In this document: positions 51,722-64,000 of the stretch, one piece after another
Layout: each line of letters opens with the position of its first letter
Numbering within the stretch: position 1 is the first letter of the stretch
Source: Microbotryum violaceum
Taxonomy: Eukaryota
Direction of reading: 5' to 3'
Assembly: GCA_001244265.2 (NCBI GenBank)
Contig: CDLV01000008.1
Location: forward strand, 1,550,001-1,614,000
DNA length: 64,000 bases
Notes under the pieces: generated by a model
Told to the model about the DNA's origin: nothing
Databases searched by the model: none
The model's input: only the letters and a program-made list of their open reading frames with translations
Made by a program: the position numbers and the translations under genes

Positions 51722-53034
51722 ATGGTCAACACTATCCCTATTCCATCGATCAAGCTCAACACGGGCCCTTCGATCCCCGCCATCGGTCTTGGTACCTGGC
51801 AATCCCAGCCCGGAGAAGTCGCGGCTGCTGTCGAGACAGCTCTCAAGGTGTGGCGGTGGTGCGAGGATGACGTAAGGTGTTCCTTCCGTTCCCAAGCTAC
51901 AGCTCACCCGTATCTTCTCTTGCCCCAATTTACACAACGGTTATCGCCACATTGATGGAGCTTGGATCTGTAAGTCCACCAGTCGCTTCAACGCCCCCAC
52001 CATCACAAGATCACCTCTGTCTCCAAGGAGATGACCAGTTGAACGCTCCGGTTGCTCCGGCCCGGCAGCTCCGCATGCACTCACGGAGGGCTGATGGACC
52101 GCAACTTCGCTCTCGCAGACGGCAACGAGCAAGAGGTTGGCGAGGGCATCAAGGCCAGTGGGGTTGATCGTTCCGAAATCTTCATCACCATCAAGTTGTG
52201 GTGCACGCACCAACGCGATGCCGCAGCCGCGATCGAGAAATCGCTCAAGTTGCTCGGCGTGGACTATGTCGACCTTTACCTTATTCACTGGCCCGTGCCG
52301 ATGAGCCCTAATGGCAACGACCCCAAGTTCCCAAGAAGGAGGACGGCAGCCGCGACCTCGATCTCGAGAAGTGGTCTGTCGCCAAAACGTGGGAAGGTAT
52401 GGAGAAGGTGTACAAGAGCGGCAAGGCCAAGGCGATCGGCATCTCTAACTTCTCCGAGGCCTTCATCGAGGACCTGCTCAAGACGGCCAAGGTCGTACCC
52501 GCGGCGAACCAGATCGAGCTCCACCCTTACCTCCCCCGACACGATCTTGTCAAGTACTGCCAGGGCAAAAACATCGCCGTCGAGGCCTACTCGCCTTTGG
52601 GATCGACCGACTCACCCCTGCTCAAGGACGAGGAGATTGTCAAGATCGCCGAGGCTCATGGTGTCTCGGTCGGCACGATCCTCATCTCTTACCAAGGTGA
52701 GCCAGAGCACTGCGCTACCTCCACAATAAGTGGGAAGATGTGAGCTTACTCTCCGTGTCTCTCGGCGCTGAATCGCAGTCGCTCGCAACGTCGTCGTGCT
52801 GCCCAAGTCGGTCACCCCCAAGCGCATCATCGACAACTTCCAACTCGTCAAGCTCAGCAGCGAGGACCTCGAGACGCTCAACAGCATGCACAAGACTAAG
52901 GGAAAGAGGTTTATCAAGGTCAGTCCGAATAGCAATGGCGAACTGGGACGACCGGGACCGACGCTGACCAGCTTTGTTTCGGTGACCATCAGCCTGACTG
53001 GGGCATCGATCTCAAGTTCGCCAACTGGGACTGA
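51722..53034 (+). pseudogene. Aldo-keto reductase (Gcy1/Ypr1-like), disrupted in this sequence
   Basis: [72 protein letters not shown]. There is a 1-nt deletion at 52330-52332 and the expected acceptor reads TACAC instead of TACAG at 51935. Confidence 0.8.
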
Positions 53035-53416
53035 AAACGAGGTTGTCTGGGCCTCTGGGACCCTAGAGCTTACCACAAAAGCTGTAGTCCCTCATCTAGA
53101 TCTATCGTGGCAGTATGAACGCGGCTTTGACATAGAGTGGTGGGCATCGAGTCATACGTTCGATTCTTGTTTGGTAAGGGAGGCCGCAAGTCGAATGGAT
53201 CATTACAGAGTTTCAACAGAGTGGACGAGCTAAGTCAAAATTTGTGTCTGATGAGACAAGAGTGATAAAGGAGCCAGAACGAAGATACAAACATCTTGCG
53301 ACAAACCGTTTCCCTACTGCGTGAGGAGGAGGCGGCGCGGAGAAGCTTGTGCTCGTTGGAGCGAGGGATGAAATTCGAAGTGGGGAGCATAGTCGGAGCA
53401 AAAAGAGGCTTCCGCT

Positions 53417-53987
53417 TTACTCGGCCTTCTCGGGCTTCTTGGACTTGGTGGGCAAGAGCTCCGAGTGGATGTTGGGCAAGACACCACCTTGGGAGATGAC
53501 GACGGACCCGAGGAGGCGGTTTAACTCCTCGTCGTTGCGGATCGCGAGCTGCAAGTGACGGGGGATAATACGCGACTTCTTGTTGTCACGGGCGGCGTTA
53601 CCGGCCAACTCGAGGATCTCGGCGGCCAGGTACTCGAGGACGGCGGCCAGGTAGACGGGCGCACCGGCACCTGAGAGGAAGAGATAAAAAAGTGAGAGGT
53701 CAATTTCTCTTCCTTGGATCACGCGATGGCTCTCTAGCGCGTCTGCCTGTAAAGACTCACCGACACGCTGGGCGTAGTTGCCTCGGCGCAACAAACGATG
53801 GATACGACCGACGGGGAACTGCAATCCGGCCTTGGACGAGCGCGATTGAGTCTTGGAGTCAGCTCCGGCCTTGGCCTTGCCTCCTGTGTTTGCCAGAAGA
53901 CAGCACGAGGTGGATTCAGTGAGTCACATCAACGTAGGCAGGTTCGTGCCTCGTTGATAACTGACCTGATTTGCCGCCTGAAGACAT
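53417..53987 (-). CDS. H2A: Histone H2A (two introns)
   Basis: [78 protein letters not shown]. Confidence 0.98.
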
Positions 53988-54450
53988 GTTGATGTAAAGT
54001 GGGTTTGGGTTGAGGATTTGGGTGGGTTGAAGTGAGTTGGATGAACACGGGGTGGAGCAAAGGAGGGAGAAAGGGAGAAAGGCAGACGCGCCGAGGAGCG
54101 AGGGCCACTCGAAAATACTGTATTGAAGCTGTGACCTTTAAAGAGTTGCGGCGAACGGGAGCAGCGACTCGGGATAGGATCCGAGCAACATTAGGCGCAG
54201 ATTTGCACCTTGGGTGACGAAATGAGGAAGTGACTCGGGCTAGGTTGTGATGTCTCGCGCGCCAAAGCCGAGGAGCTCCACAAACAACCGACCAAAACAA
54301 ACGCCGACGTCCGCGAGTTGCCTCACGCGCTTCAATTCTTTCACTGCTTGTCTTTCCTCCCTCCCCATCCCGCTTTTACCCCCGAACCCCCGAACCCCCG
54401 AACCCTCAACCCTCAAACCCAACCCCCAACCCCAACCTCCATCATCCATA
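53988..54450. promoter_or_regulatory. Bidirectional H2A-H2B promoter region
   Basis: 463 bp between the divergent ATGs at 53987 and 54451. AACCC-rich tracts precede each gene on its own strand. Confidence 0.8.
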
Positions 54451-55078
54451 ATGGCCCCCAAAGCTGCTGAGAAGAAGCCCGCCTCGACCGCTGGCAAGGC
54501 GCCGGCGTCCAAGGCGCCCGCTGGCAAAGCCCCCGCCAAGAAAGCCGTCAAGAAGGCCCCCGCCGCCGATGGTGACAAGAAGAAGAGGCGCAAGGTCCGA
54601 AAGGAGACCTACTCTTCGTACATCTAGTGCGTTACTCTCACACTTGGGTGTTTCGAGAGCGCATCGGGCCGAGAGCTGATCGTCGTCTGGTCACTGCACG
54701 CGTCGCGTCACCGGTGTTTTCGCCCGTTCATAGCAAGGTGCTGAAGCAGGTCCACCCCGACACTGGTATCTCCAACAAGGCCATGCTCATCCTCAATTCG
54801 TTCGTCAACGATATGTAAGTCGACTACTTTCACGCCGACCCTCTTCGACGCGATCCTCCAAAGTCACGTGAAACCTGAGGCTAAATCCCACTATTTCTTC
54901 CAGCTTCGAGCGCATCGCCACTGAGGCCTCCAAGCTCGCGTCGTACAGCCACAAGTCGACTATCTCTTCGCGAGAGATCCAGACCTCGGTCCGCCTCATC
55001 CTCCCCGGAGAGTTGTCCAAGCACGCCATCTCAGAAGGAACCAAGGCCGTCACCAAGTTCTCCTCGGGATCCAAGTAA
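54451..55078 (+). CDS. H2B: Histone H2B (two introns)
   Basis: [19 protein letters not shown]...[48 protein letters not shown]...[32 protein letters not shown]. Confidence 0.98.
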
Positions 55079-55898
55079 ACGCACTGACCTGCGGGTTTAC
55101 ACTCTTTTCGACTTTCAATCGATCCGTTGGAAGGCTGCGACGGCACCAGAGCGAGGAAGTACTCATTCGTTCCGTTCGGGCGGCGCTTCCCGGGGATCGT
55201 CCTGTTTTACATCCCTCTTTCTCTCACCTACCCCTACTTTGTTGGTTTGCCAATACACCCTTGTTGTCCACACCACACGTTACACCATTCCAGTTGGCCG
55301 CAAGAAAAAGGGTTGTGTAACTGCACCTTCCCTAAGCATGTTGGGGCTACGTTCTGGTCGCTTGGCAGTTCCAACTTGGCTGCTTGAAACTCGAGGTGAA
55401 AACGATTACTAGCCGCGCCCTCTTGCACTCGACGGTTTCAGGTACCTATGTTGCACGTCTTATTATGCCTTGAGCTCGAGATAGCGTTCAGGCGATATGT
55501 TGCGGTCCGTGCATGCAGGTGATTCTGCCGAGTAAGCACACTACATCACTTCATCTAGCTCGCCCGTGCCCAGCCCCTGGAGTCGCCCGCGCCAGCCCGC
55601 GCCGCACGGCCATCGTCTGGCAGGATCTGTTAGTGATCTGTTTGGCCGGCACGGTCCCTTATTACGGTCCCTTATTAGGCGGCGGGTGCGACTCACCCCT
55701 CTTCTTCTACGCCTACCACGCTCGCCCCCCTGTAGCTGCTACAACCCATCCGCCACGCTCACGAGCTTAGCACTAGTGCGCTTCGGCTGGTCAGACTACC
55801 ACACAGGACTGGGCACCGCACTCGACCGGCTGCCAGTTCTTGTCGCATCATCAACGAAAGCAACGACCCGCGAGCCCGCGAGCAAGAGCAGCAGGTGA

Positions 55899-57656
55899 AT
55901 GCTAAGTCACGGCGGTCAGCACCACGACGCTGGCCACGCCGCGCCTCACCAAAACATGTACAACGCCTTCAACTCGTCTCTGGCCAACTCGGCGGCCTTC
56001 ACGCCTGGTTCGACGCAGAAGAGCAAGCTGCTGAGCGCGCTGAACAGTGCCCCGTCGCATTCGAGCCTCGGTGCGACCTCCAGCTCGAACCCGAACACCA
56101 GCGCACTCCTCGCCTCGCTCAATGGCGTCTCCGCGGCCAGCAACCCGCTCTCGGGTGCATCGGCGTACAACAACCACTGCAGTAGCAACACTCTGAACGG
56201 TAATTGCAACGACAATGGCAGCGGTCACCCCGCGTCGCCGACCTCCGCAGCCCAGCTCGATCCGTGGTCGGTCTCGTCGAACGGCGCCTCGCACCTCCCC
56301 CTGTCTATCTCGCAATCGATCAACAACCCTGGTCTACCATCGGGCGTCATCGTCTCATCTGCGGCTGTCAATGCGATGAACGGCATCAGCGCAGCCAACG
56401 CGGGCTCGGGGCTGGGCGGTTCTGCGGCGGGGTCCAGAGCCGACACCCCTGGCGGTCAGCCCTCGCAATTGCATCATCAGGGAGGTGGGGGAAGGCTTTT
56501 GTCCCTCATTCAACCCGGGAGTCTCCCGGGTAATGGTGGGCAGAGTGAGAATGAGAAGGTCTACTACCTCATCGTTGACCTCATGTCCCCCACGACCCGC
56601 GAAGGCGCACTGCTCGAGCTCAGCAAAAAACGTGAACAGTGGGACGACCTCGCACTTGTTCTATGGCACTCGTTTGGTAGGTATTGGCTTCTCTTCTTTT
56701 TGGTCATGATAGGGCGATCGGCTGACTCGCTGTCTGCTTTTCCCCCTGCGTCTCCCTCCCCCTCTCCTGTCGCTCGTCTTCGTCTGGCACGTGCGCCACG
56801 TATGATTCCCCACAGGCGTCATGTCGGCGCTGCTGCAGGAAATCGTCTCCGTCTACCCTCTACTCGCACCGCCCTCTTTGACGGCCCACGCCTCTAATCG
56901 CGTCTGCAACGCGCTCGCCTTGCTGCAGTGCGTCGCCTCGCACAATGACACGCGCTCGCTCTTCTTGTCGGCCCACATCCCGCTGTTCCTGTACCCGTTC
57001 CTCAACACGACGTCCAAGACGAGGCCGTTCGAGTACTTGCGTCTGACCTCACTCGGTGTCATCGGCGCCTTGGTCAAGCAGAACGACAACTCGGACGTGA
57101 TCAACTTCCTACTTTCGACTGAGATCATCCCGCTGTGCTTGCGCATCATGGAGACGGGTTCCGAATTGAGCAAGACGGTCGCCATCTTTATCGTGCAAAA
57201 GATCTTGCTTGATGAGATGGGGCTGGGCTACATCTGCCAGACGTACGAGCGCTTTTACGCTGTCGGCACCGTCCTGAGCAACATGGTGCAGCAGCTCGTC
57301 GAATCGCAAGCCGTGCGGTTGCTCAAACACGTCGTGCGATGCTACCTCCGTCTTAGTGACAACCTCAGGTAAGCACTCGAGATGAGGCGTGTCGCTCTGG
57401 CCCTGTCGTTGACCAGACTGTGAATTCTTCTCTCTTCACAGAGCCCGCGAGGCCCTGCGCGCGTGCTTGCCGGAACCCTTGCGCGACGCAACGTTCTCTC
57501 CATTACTCAAGGGCGACATGGTCACTAAGAGGTCAGTCATTTTGAACCCCAGTTGATTCGAGGGACTCATACTCACCACGCTGCTGCTGTGCTTGCTCCC
57601 CTATCAGATGCCTCGCTACCCTGCTTCTAAACTTGTCCGATCGCGTCGACTCGTGA
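55899..57656 (+). CDS. CAF40: CCR4-NOT subunit Rcd1/Caf40/CNOT9
   Basis: [113 protein letters not shown]. Confidence 0.97.
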
Positions 57657-58373
57657 ACCCGTTTCCCCCCCCCCCCCCCCGGCACTCTCGCAACTTCAAA
57701 CGTCTGATGGTCACTGTACAATACCTCTCGTCTTATATGTGCACCCACAAAATGGCATCGGCTCGGCTCGGCCTTTCTCTGTTCTCACTCGCACATCGTT
57801 CTTCATGGGGATCTCATCAAACTCGCTGTGTGTTTGGTGTGTGTGTGTGTTTGTTTCCGCTCGCTCGCAACTTTCTTCTTTTTGTCACGCCCCAAGTCTA
57901 CGTCAACACACGGGTTCGTTTTTTCTACGCCTCGGCACGACCACGACTCGTTAAATTGTCACCCTGTTTTCGATTTCGCCTCGACCACGCGGTTGTACCT
58001 ATCTCCATCGTCTGCGCTTTTTTTCCTGTTGACTTACACAATCTTTTGCGTGTGAGCTTCCGTCTCCCGGCTCGCTCCAACACACCCGGGATAAGCTTTT
58101 GGACGCTGGCCCCTTTTTGTGGGAACCCTTGTTTCTTTTGCTCCCTCTGTCGGATCTACAACTCCACCCACGCCTCTCCGCCGTCGAGGCTACTTCGCTT
58201 CCTCTTCTCCGACCCTCTCTTCTCTCTAGCTATATGTGCGGTTTCTTCTGGTGCTCCTTCTTGCTGTTGTAGTCCAATGAAAAGCTTTCGCTGTCTGATG
58301 CTGAACTTCAGAACACAAACGTTTCCACCTCACGACGAATTCCGCCTCTACGATTGACTTCTTGACGAGACTC

Positions 58374-58453
58374 ATCTATCTATCTACTTCTATCTACATC
58401 TATCTATCTATCTACATCTACATCTATCTGTCTGTTCTATCTACTTCTACCTA
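58374..58453. repeat. Imperfect (TCTA)/(TCTACA) microsatellite
   Basis: Read directly: atctatctatctacttctatctacatctatctatctatctacatctacatctatctg... Confidence 0.9.
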
Positions 58454-58984
58454 TAAGAATGCACGACAAATAGACGAAGTAACGTTCTCAGCCGCGCGCG
58501 CGCGCCGATCTTCCCCCCCCCCCCCCCGGTCCGGGAGGTGCGGGCGGAGCTCGCAACGATCTTCATTTACGAAAGGAGGCGCATCGCCCCCCGAGTCCTA
58601 GTAGTACTATAACACAATGTCAGACCAATCTCAACTAGATGATTGTTAGAAGCGTGAGGAGATAAGGTACAACTCGATGAATGCTAGACGTGCTGTCTGT
58701 ATGCCCCTTCAAGTTGCGTAACGCGTTGGAGGTGCCTGACGGCCGCCCAGCAGGCCCCAGACCCGCTTGCACTTCGGTCATCGGCATTACAATCGGCGAC
58801 CTGTCTTGAGTTGACACGCGCAACAACGGGGGGCCCCAGATTCTCTCGGTGGTTGGCGTTGGCCAGTTGGCACTTGCCTTTCGTCCCATTCGTCAACGTC
58901 TACGAGACAGCCCACTCACCTGCTCTCCCTCCAAACGTCCACACACATACACACATCTCCTTTTACAGCTACGGATCATACGCC

Positions 58985-61536
58985 ATGTCCAAGGTAAGTC
59001 TTGCACTGGCCGGAGCACATAGGTGCCCCCCCCCACCACCACCAGGCAGGCTCCGGCAACGGGCATTGTGAAGCACTCGGAGTTGACCGTCGTCACCCGT
59101 GCTATCTTTATCACCCCTCGACACAGACCATTACTAAGTCCGAGCTCGAAAAGCACAACTCCGACCCAGCCGGCTACTGGCTCTTGATCGAAAGTCAAGT
59201 ATACGATGTGCAAGTGCTATAAAACCCCCTGGCGATCTTGTCGAGGGCGAAGCTGACCCAACCGCGAGTTGTCTTGTGGCTCCTGTCGTGACGTGTCAAC
59301 AGTTCAAAATTCTTGGATGATCACCCCGGTGGAGCCAAGATTTTGAAGAATTGGTCCGGTGAGTTGCAGTTTCGAATCGGGGTGATGTCTGCATGGGCCC
59401 CACTCTACTCGGATTCGACACGACGATGAGTGGGGGCGCCGTTGCCGGGCCCAATGCCGGCCACGGCCACACGCCAGAGGTTGCCGCCGGCCTCGGCCAA
59501 GGCGAGCTCAGCGAAATCGAAGCGTCGCTCAAATACACGCCGAGCACAAACCTCGTACAAGATCGGAACTCTGACCCCTCACCCCATGTTTGAACCAATA
59601 GGCAAGGACGCGACTGACAAGTTCTGGGCGTTCCACAACCAATCTGTGCTCGACAAGGTCGCGAAGAAGTTCCTGGTCGGTGCGATCGAAGGCGCCGAAC
59701 CGGCCGAGTCTGTCCAAGCCTCGACCTCATTGGACGACGAGGATTGTGCCGCCTTCATCACCAAGGTCGACGATGAGGACACGACTTACTTTGGTGATCT
59801 TGTTCCGTGAGTAAATTCGTACCAATTCGCAAGGGGAAAGGGTATCTCAGTGGCTGACTTTGCACCTTGACGCTCGGGCCCTTCACAGTTTTGGCGACCC
59901 AATGTGGTACCAAGATTGGAGCTCGTGAGTGGGGACTCCCATGTCACGGCGTAGACTATGAGAAACTGTGACTGATTACGAAGGCCTTCGCCTCGTAGTC
60001 CTTATTTCACCGACTCGCATCGGAAGGTCCGAACAGCGATCCGCAACTACACCGACAAGTACTTGACGCCGAACGCCTTCGAATGGGACGAGAATAAGGA
60101 GATCCCGCTTTCGGCCTTCAAGCATGTCGCCCGATCAGGTGCGATCTCATTTATCCTTGTTAGCCAACCCCCCGCAGTTTATTGACTGGTCAGATCTCGA
60201 GTGATTCCACAGGTATCCTCGCTGCCATCGCCTCGGGCGGAGATGGGTGGCCAACAGAGTACGCCGGCAACTTGCCGATCCCTGGTGGTCTCGACCTGAG
60301 TAAGGAGAAGTGGGACGCATTCCACAACTACGTCACCGTCGATGAGCTGTGCCGCTGCGGCTCCGGTGGTATTCTGTATGGCCTCATCGGTGGCTTCGGT
60401 ATCGGTCTCCCCCCCGTCAAGCATTTTGGTTCCGACGAGCTCAAGGAGCGGGTCATTCCTGGCTGCCTGACCGGCGAGAAGCGAATCTGCTTGGCTATCA
60501 CCGAGCCGGAGGGTGGATCCGATGTTGCAAACCTCGTCACAACAGCCAAGAAGACGGCCGACGGCAAGCACTACATTGTCAACGGCTCCAAGAAGTGGAT
60601 TACCGGTGGTATCTATGCCGACTACTTTGTAACGTGAGTTCTTGCACGCACGGTGTGGCACAACGAGCGTCGTGGATCCGCATGCTGATCGACGTGCTCA
60701 ACTTTTCTCCAACAGAGCCGTCCGCACGGGTGGCCCAGGCATGGGTGGCATCTCGTTACTCGTTATCGAACGAACCGAGGGCGTCAAGACGACCAAGATG
60801 AATTGCCAAGGTGTCTGGAGCTCGGGTACGACATATGTCACCATTGAGGACGTCAAGGTCCCCGTCGAAAACCTGCTCGGTCAGGAGAACAAGGGTTTCA
60901 GCCTCATCATGTCCAAGTAGGTCCGACTGAATCAAGACGAATTTAGGGGTTGAAAAGTTGACACGTGTACGCGCTTTGATTCAGCTTCAACCCCGAGCGA
61001 ATCGGTATTGCCATTCAGTGCACGCGTTTCGCACGTGTATGCCTCGAGGAGTCGATCAAGTACGCCTCGAAGCGCAAGACATTTGGTGTCCTGCTGCGCG
61101 ACCACCCCGTGATTCGAGCCAAGCTGGCCAACATGGCCTCGAAGATCGAGTCGACGCAGGCGTGGATGGAAGCGCTCATTTACCAATCGACGCAATACGA
61201 CGCCGACACGCTGACGATGCGAGGGGGGGGACCGATCGCGTTGCTCAAGGCGCATTCGGCCGACGTGTTCGCTTACTGCGCGCAAGAGGCGACGCAGATC
61301 TTTGGTGGGCTCGCGTACACGCGGGGTGGACAAGGCGAGAAGATTGAGCGCTTGTACCGTGAGGTTCGTGCGTACACGATTCCGGGTGGATCGACCGAGG
61401 TGAGTTTTTGCGAGCGATCGTGTGCTGCGCAACGCAGATGCTGACTGGAACGATTTTCTCTGACGTGCAGATCATGCAAGACCTCGGTATCCGACAATCG
61501 ATCAAAATTGCTCAAATCATGGGCGCCAAGTTGTAA
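58985..61536 (+). CDS. Cytochrome b5-domain / acyl-CoA dehydrogenase fusion, peroxisomal
   Basis: b5 domain WLLIESQVYDV|SKFLDDHPGG...GKDATDKFWAFH. ACAD motifs CLAITEPEGGSDVA, YIVNGSKKWITGG, ATQIFGGLAYTRGGQGEKIERLYREVRAYTIPGGSTE. Ends -AKL (PTS1). Confidence 0.95.
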
Positions 61537-61909
61537 GGCCCCGCGCCGTGCACGGTTGAGCCCTAAGGCCTATCATATGATCCTGCCTACCCGTGGAATG
61601 CCATGCCTTGCATCTTGTTGCGAGATAACCTCTTTGTTTTTATGCGCCTTATTTGTATTGCACTTTTTGTCATGAATCAACGTTTTAGTCCTAGTGGTCG
61701 TTCCTCTATTGGCTCTCGCCGAAACCTGAAGGCGCGGGCGCACGGACCGGTCTTTTTCGTTCGCCGAAATGGGGCCCAAGAGGACGCGCGCCTGACTCCG
61801 CGTCGAGTCGCGTTGACATTGTCGCCTCCACGGACCGAGTGCTGCACCTGAGATCGAATCCTTGCAGCTCGTAAGCTCTTGACGCATTGCTCCCAGGTGG
61901 CTTGGCAAG

Positions 61910-64000
61910 ATGGGTATTCAGGTGAGTCCCTCCTCGATGCGCTACACGGCTCATGTCACTGTCAAGCTGCTGATGGCGTGTTTGCGCATGTGGTGCTTGG
62001 CATTACCTCGCCGTGCTCGCCTCGTCGCCGTTCGCTCAGGGCTTGCTGGGCATGCTCAAGGAGATCCAGACGCCGACCCATGTCAGCGAGTACAAGGGCA
62101 AGACCTTGGCCGTGGATGCCTATGTAAGCACTGGAGCTGGCTGCGGGTGACGTCGCGTCGCGTGGGGGCTCGGGCAACTGATGACGGCGTCGAGCTTGTT
62201 TGTCCGTTCCCGTTCGGTTCGGTTCGGTTCGCAGGTGTGGCTCCATCGCGGCGCGTACGGGTGCGCTCAAGAGCTCGCGACCGGCGTCACCACACTCAAG
62301 TGAGCATCAAATACCTCTGCTGGGGATGCAGAATCGACTGCTTCAGCTCGTTCCGATCGCCCTCGCTCCGCAGATACGTCAACTACGCGATGCACCGTGT
62401 GCGCATGCTCAAGCATTACGGCGTCACGCCCCTGATCGTCTTTGACGGCGGCTACCTCCCGAGCAAGATGGGCACAGAGGAAGAGCGAGAGAAGTGGGTC
62501 AACGATGAATATAGATATATACATGGAGCCCTACGGCATTCAATAACACTCGTGAACGTGGTTGCCACCCTCGCAGTCGTCGAAACGAAGCTCTCGCCAA
62601 GGCCAACGCGTGTCTCGCCGAGGGCAAGCTCACCCAAGCTCGAGAAGCGTTCGTCAAGGCCGTCGACGTCACACCGGCCATGGCCTATCAACTCATCAAG
62701 GTCAGTCTCAGCATTTCGCTGCTTGGTGTGGGCTCATTCAGCCGGTGCACTTGCTGACTCTTGCTTCCTTCCGTCGCGATCTCGATCCGGGCATCTGCTC
62801 ACATGACGTCTGGGTAGGCTCTCCGACGCGAAGGAGTCGAGGTTGGTTTTGGCGTCGTCCTCACGTAGCAAGTCAGACTGGAGAGATTGACACGTGCATA
62901 TTTAACCAACAGTACATTGTCGCACCTTACGAAGCGGATCCCCAACTAGCCTACCTTGAACGCGAAGGCATCGTCGACGGCATCATCACCGAGGATTCCG
63001 ATCTGCTCATCTTTGGCTGCCGCACGGTCCTGTTCAAGCTCGACGGCGACGGACACTGCGTCGCGATCGAGCGCGCCCGCTTCTCGCAGTGTCGAGAGTA
63101 CAATTTTGCCGGGTGGGGCGACAACGACTTCCGCCACATGGCCATTCTCAGCGGATGCGACTACCTCCACAGCGTCGTTGGACTCGGGTTAAAGACGGCG
63201 TACCGGATGCTGAAAAGGTACAAGACTCCCGAAAAGGTCCGTCTTCCGCCGCGGTCATTTGTTGGAGGTGTCGATACTAACCTCTGAGTGTGACGACGCA
63301 GGTTATTCAATTCGTGCGACTCGAGGGCAACCTCACCGTCCCTCGCGACTACCTCGAACAGTTCAAGCGTGCCGAAATGACCTTCCTGCACCAACGAATC
63401 TTCTGCCCGATAGCTCGCGCGCTCGTCCATTTCACCCCTCTCCCTCCGGGTATCACCGACGCCGCGACCGAAATGCCCTTTGTCGGAGCTCCCTTGGACG
63501 AAGATGTGGCGCAGCGATTGGCCGAAGGGGAGATCGACCCCATCACCAAGGAACCGATCGTCGACCTCAATCCGAGCCAAGTCCCCGCCGACTTTGACCC
63601 CGATATGCTGCAGGGTGGAAGCAAGGGCAAGACGGAGTTCTCGTACCAGCGCAAGGCGGCGGCTCCGGTCTCAGTTGCGAGAGGCAAGAGCTCGATTCTC
63701 AACTTTTTCAAGAAGGAAGTTGTCCCCTCGACGTCCAAGACGGACGGTGCAAAGCCCAAGCTCGGGAACAGGTCAGTGACTGCGACGGTGGAAACGGCCG
63801 TGACCGAGGAAAAGTTGCTCGGCGGTAAAGTCAGTCGGTTCTTTGGTGGAGGTAGCAAGAAGGGCAAGGAGAAGACGGTCGAGATCGATGAGGATGAAGA
63901 AGCCATGATCATTGACGAGGCGCAGGAAGCGGAGTTTGAGAAGGTAGCAAGAGGCGACGATTCCGACGACGATGACAAGGAAGGGATGGCGGCGATGCGC
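61910..64000 (+). CDS. EXO1: Exonuclease 1 (XPG/Rad2 family), 3' end beyond window
   Basis: MGIQ|GLL...LAVDAY|VWLHRGAYGCA, VFDGGYLPSK, VAPYEADPQLAYL, ITEDSDLLIFG, ILSGCDYL..VVGLGLKTA, FLHQRIF. Confidence 0.95.

Noticed and set aside
57593..58357. 254-aa ORF downstream of CAF40
   Set aside because: Overlaps the last CAF40 exon out of frame and runs through pyrimidine-rich 3' UTR-like sequence; composition is not protein-like.
27355..64000. Condensin, CDK1, histones and EXO1 as a cell-cycle gene cluster
   Set aside because: They are interspersed with unrelated genes over 35 kb and I found no shared regulatory motif; compatible with chance.

Overview
Gene-dense, intron-rich fungal nuclear DNA. 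Short GT-AG introns with CTRAC-type branch points, micro-exons and the gene content point to a basidiomycete, probably a Microbotryomycetes-type yeast (inference). It carries about 18 apparently intact housekeeping genes: a peroxisomal 4CL-like acyl-CoA ligase, an Sds3-like protein, Vps9, Rce1, Tup1, Sec24, Sec62, condensin Cnd1/Ycs4, PIG-P, Cdk1, a C2H2 transcription factor, a tandem coronin-7-like protein, a BAG co-chaperone, a divergent H2A/H2B pair, Rcd1/Caf40, a cytochrome b5/acyl-CoA dehydrogenase and Exo1 (truncated by the window edge). Manual reading found things the ORF track misses. (1) Two micro-exons give Sec24 an N-terminal WW-like domain. (2) Three redox/detox genes are decaying: a multi-exon MAPEG pseudogene, a sulfide:quinone oxidoreductase-like fragment, and an aldo-keto reductase with a frameshift and a broken splice acceptor. 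(3) Seven GAA triplets at exact 10-bp phase form a heat-shock-element-like array upstream of the BAG gene. (4) The H2A lacks the SQ motif. (5) Two introns have GC donors. No rRNA, tRNA, CRISPR array or intact transposon was seen, and there is no convincing novel multi-gene system. All gene models were assembled by eye, and family calls rest on recalled motifs, not database searches.
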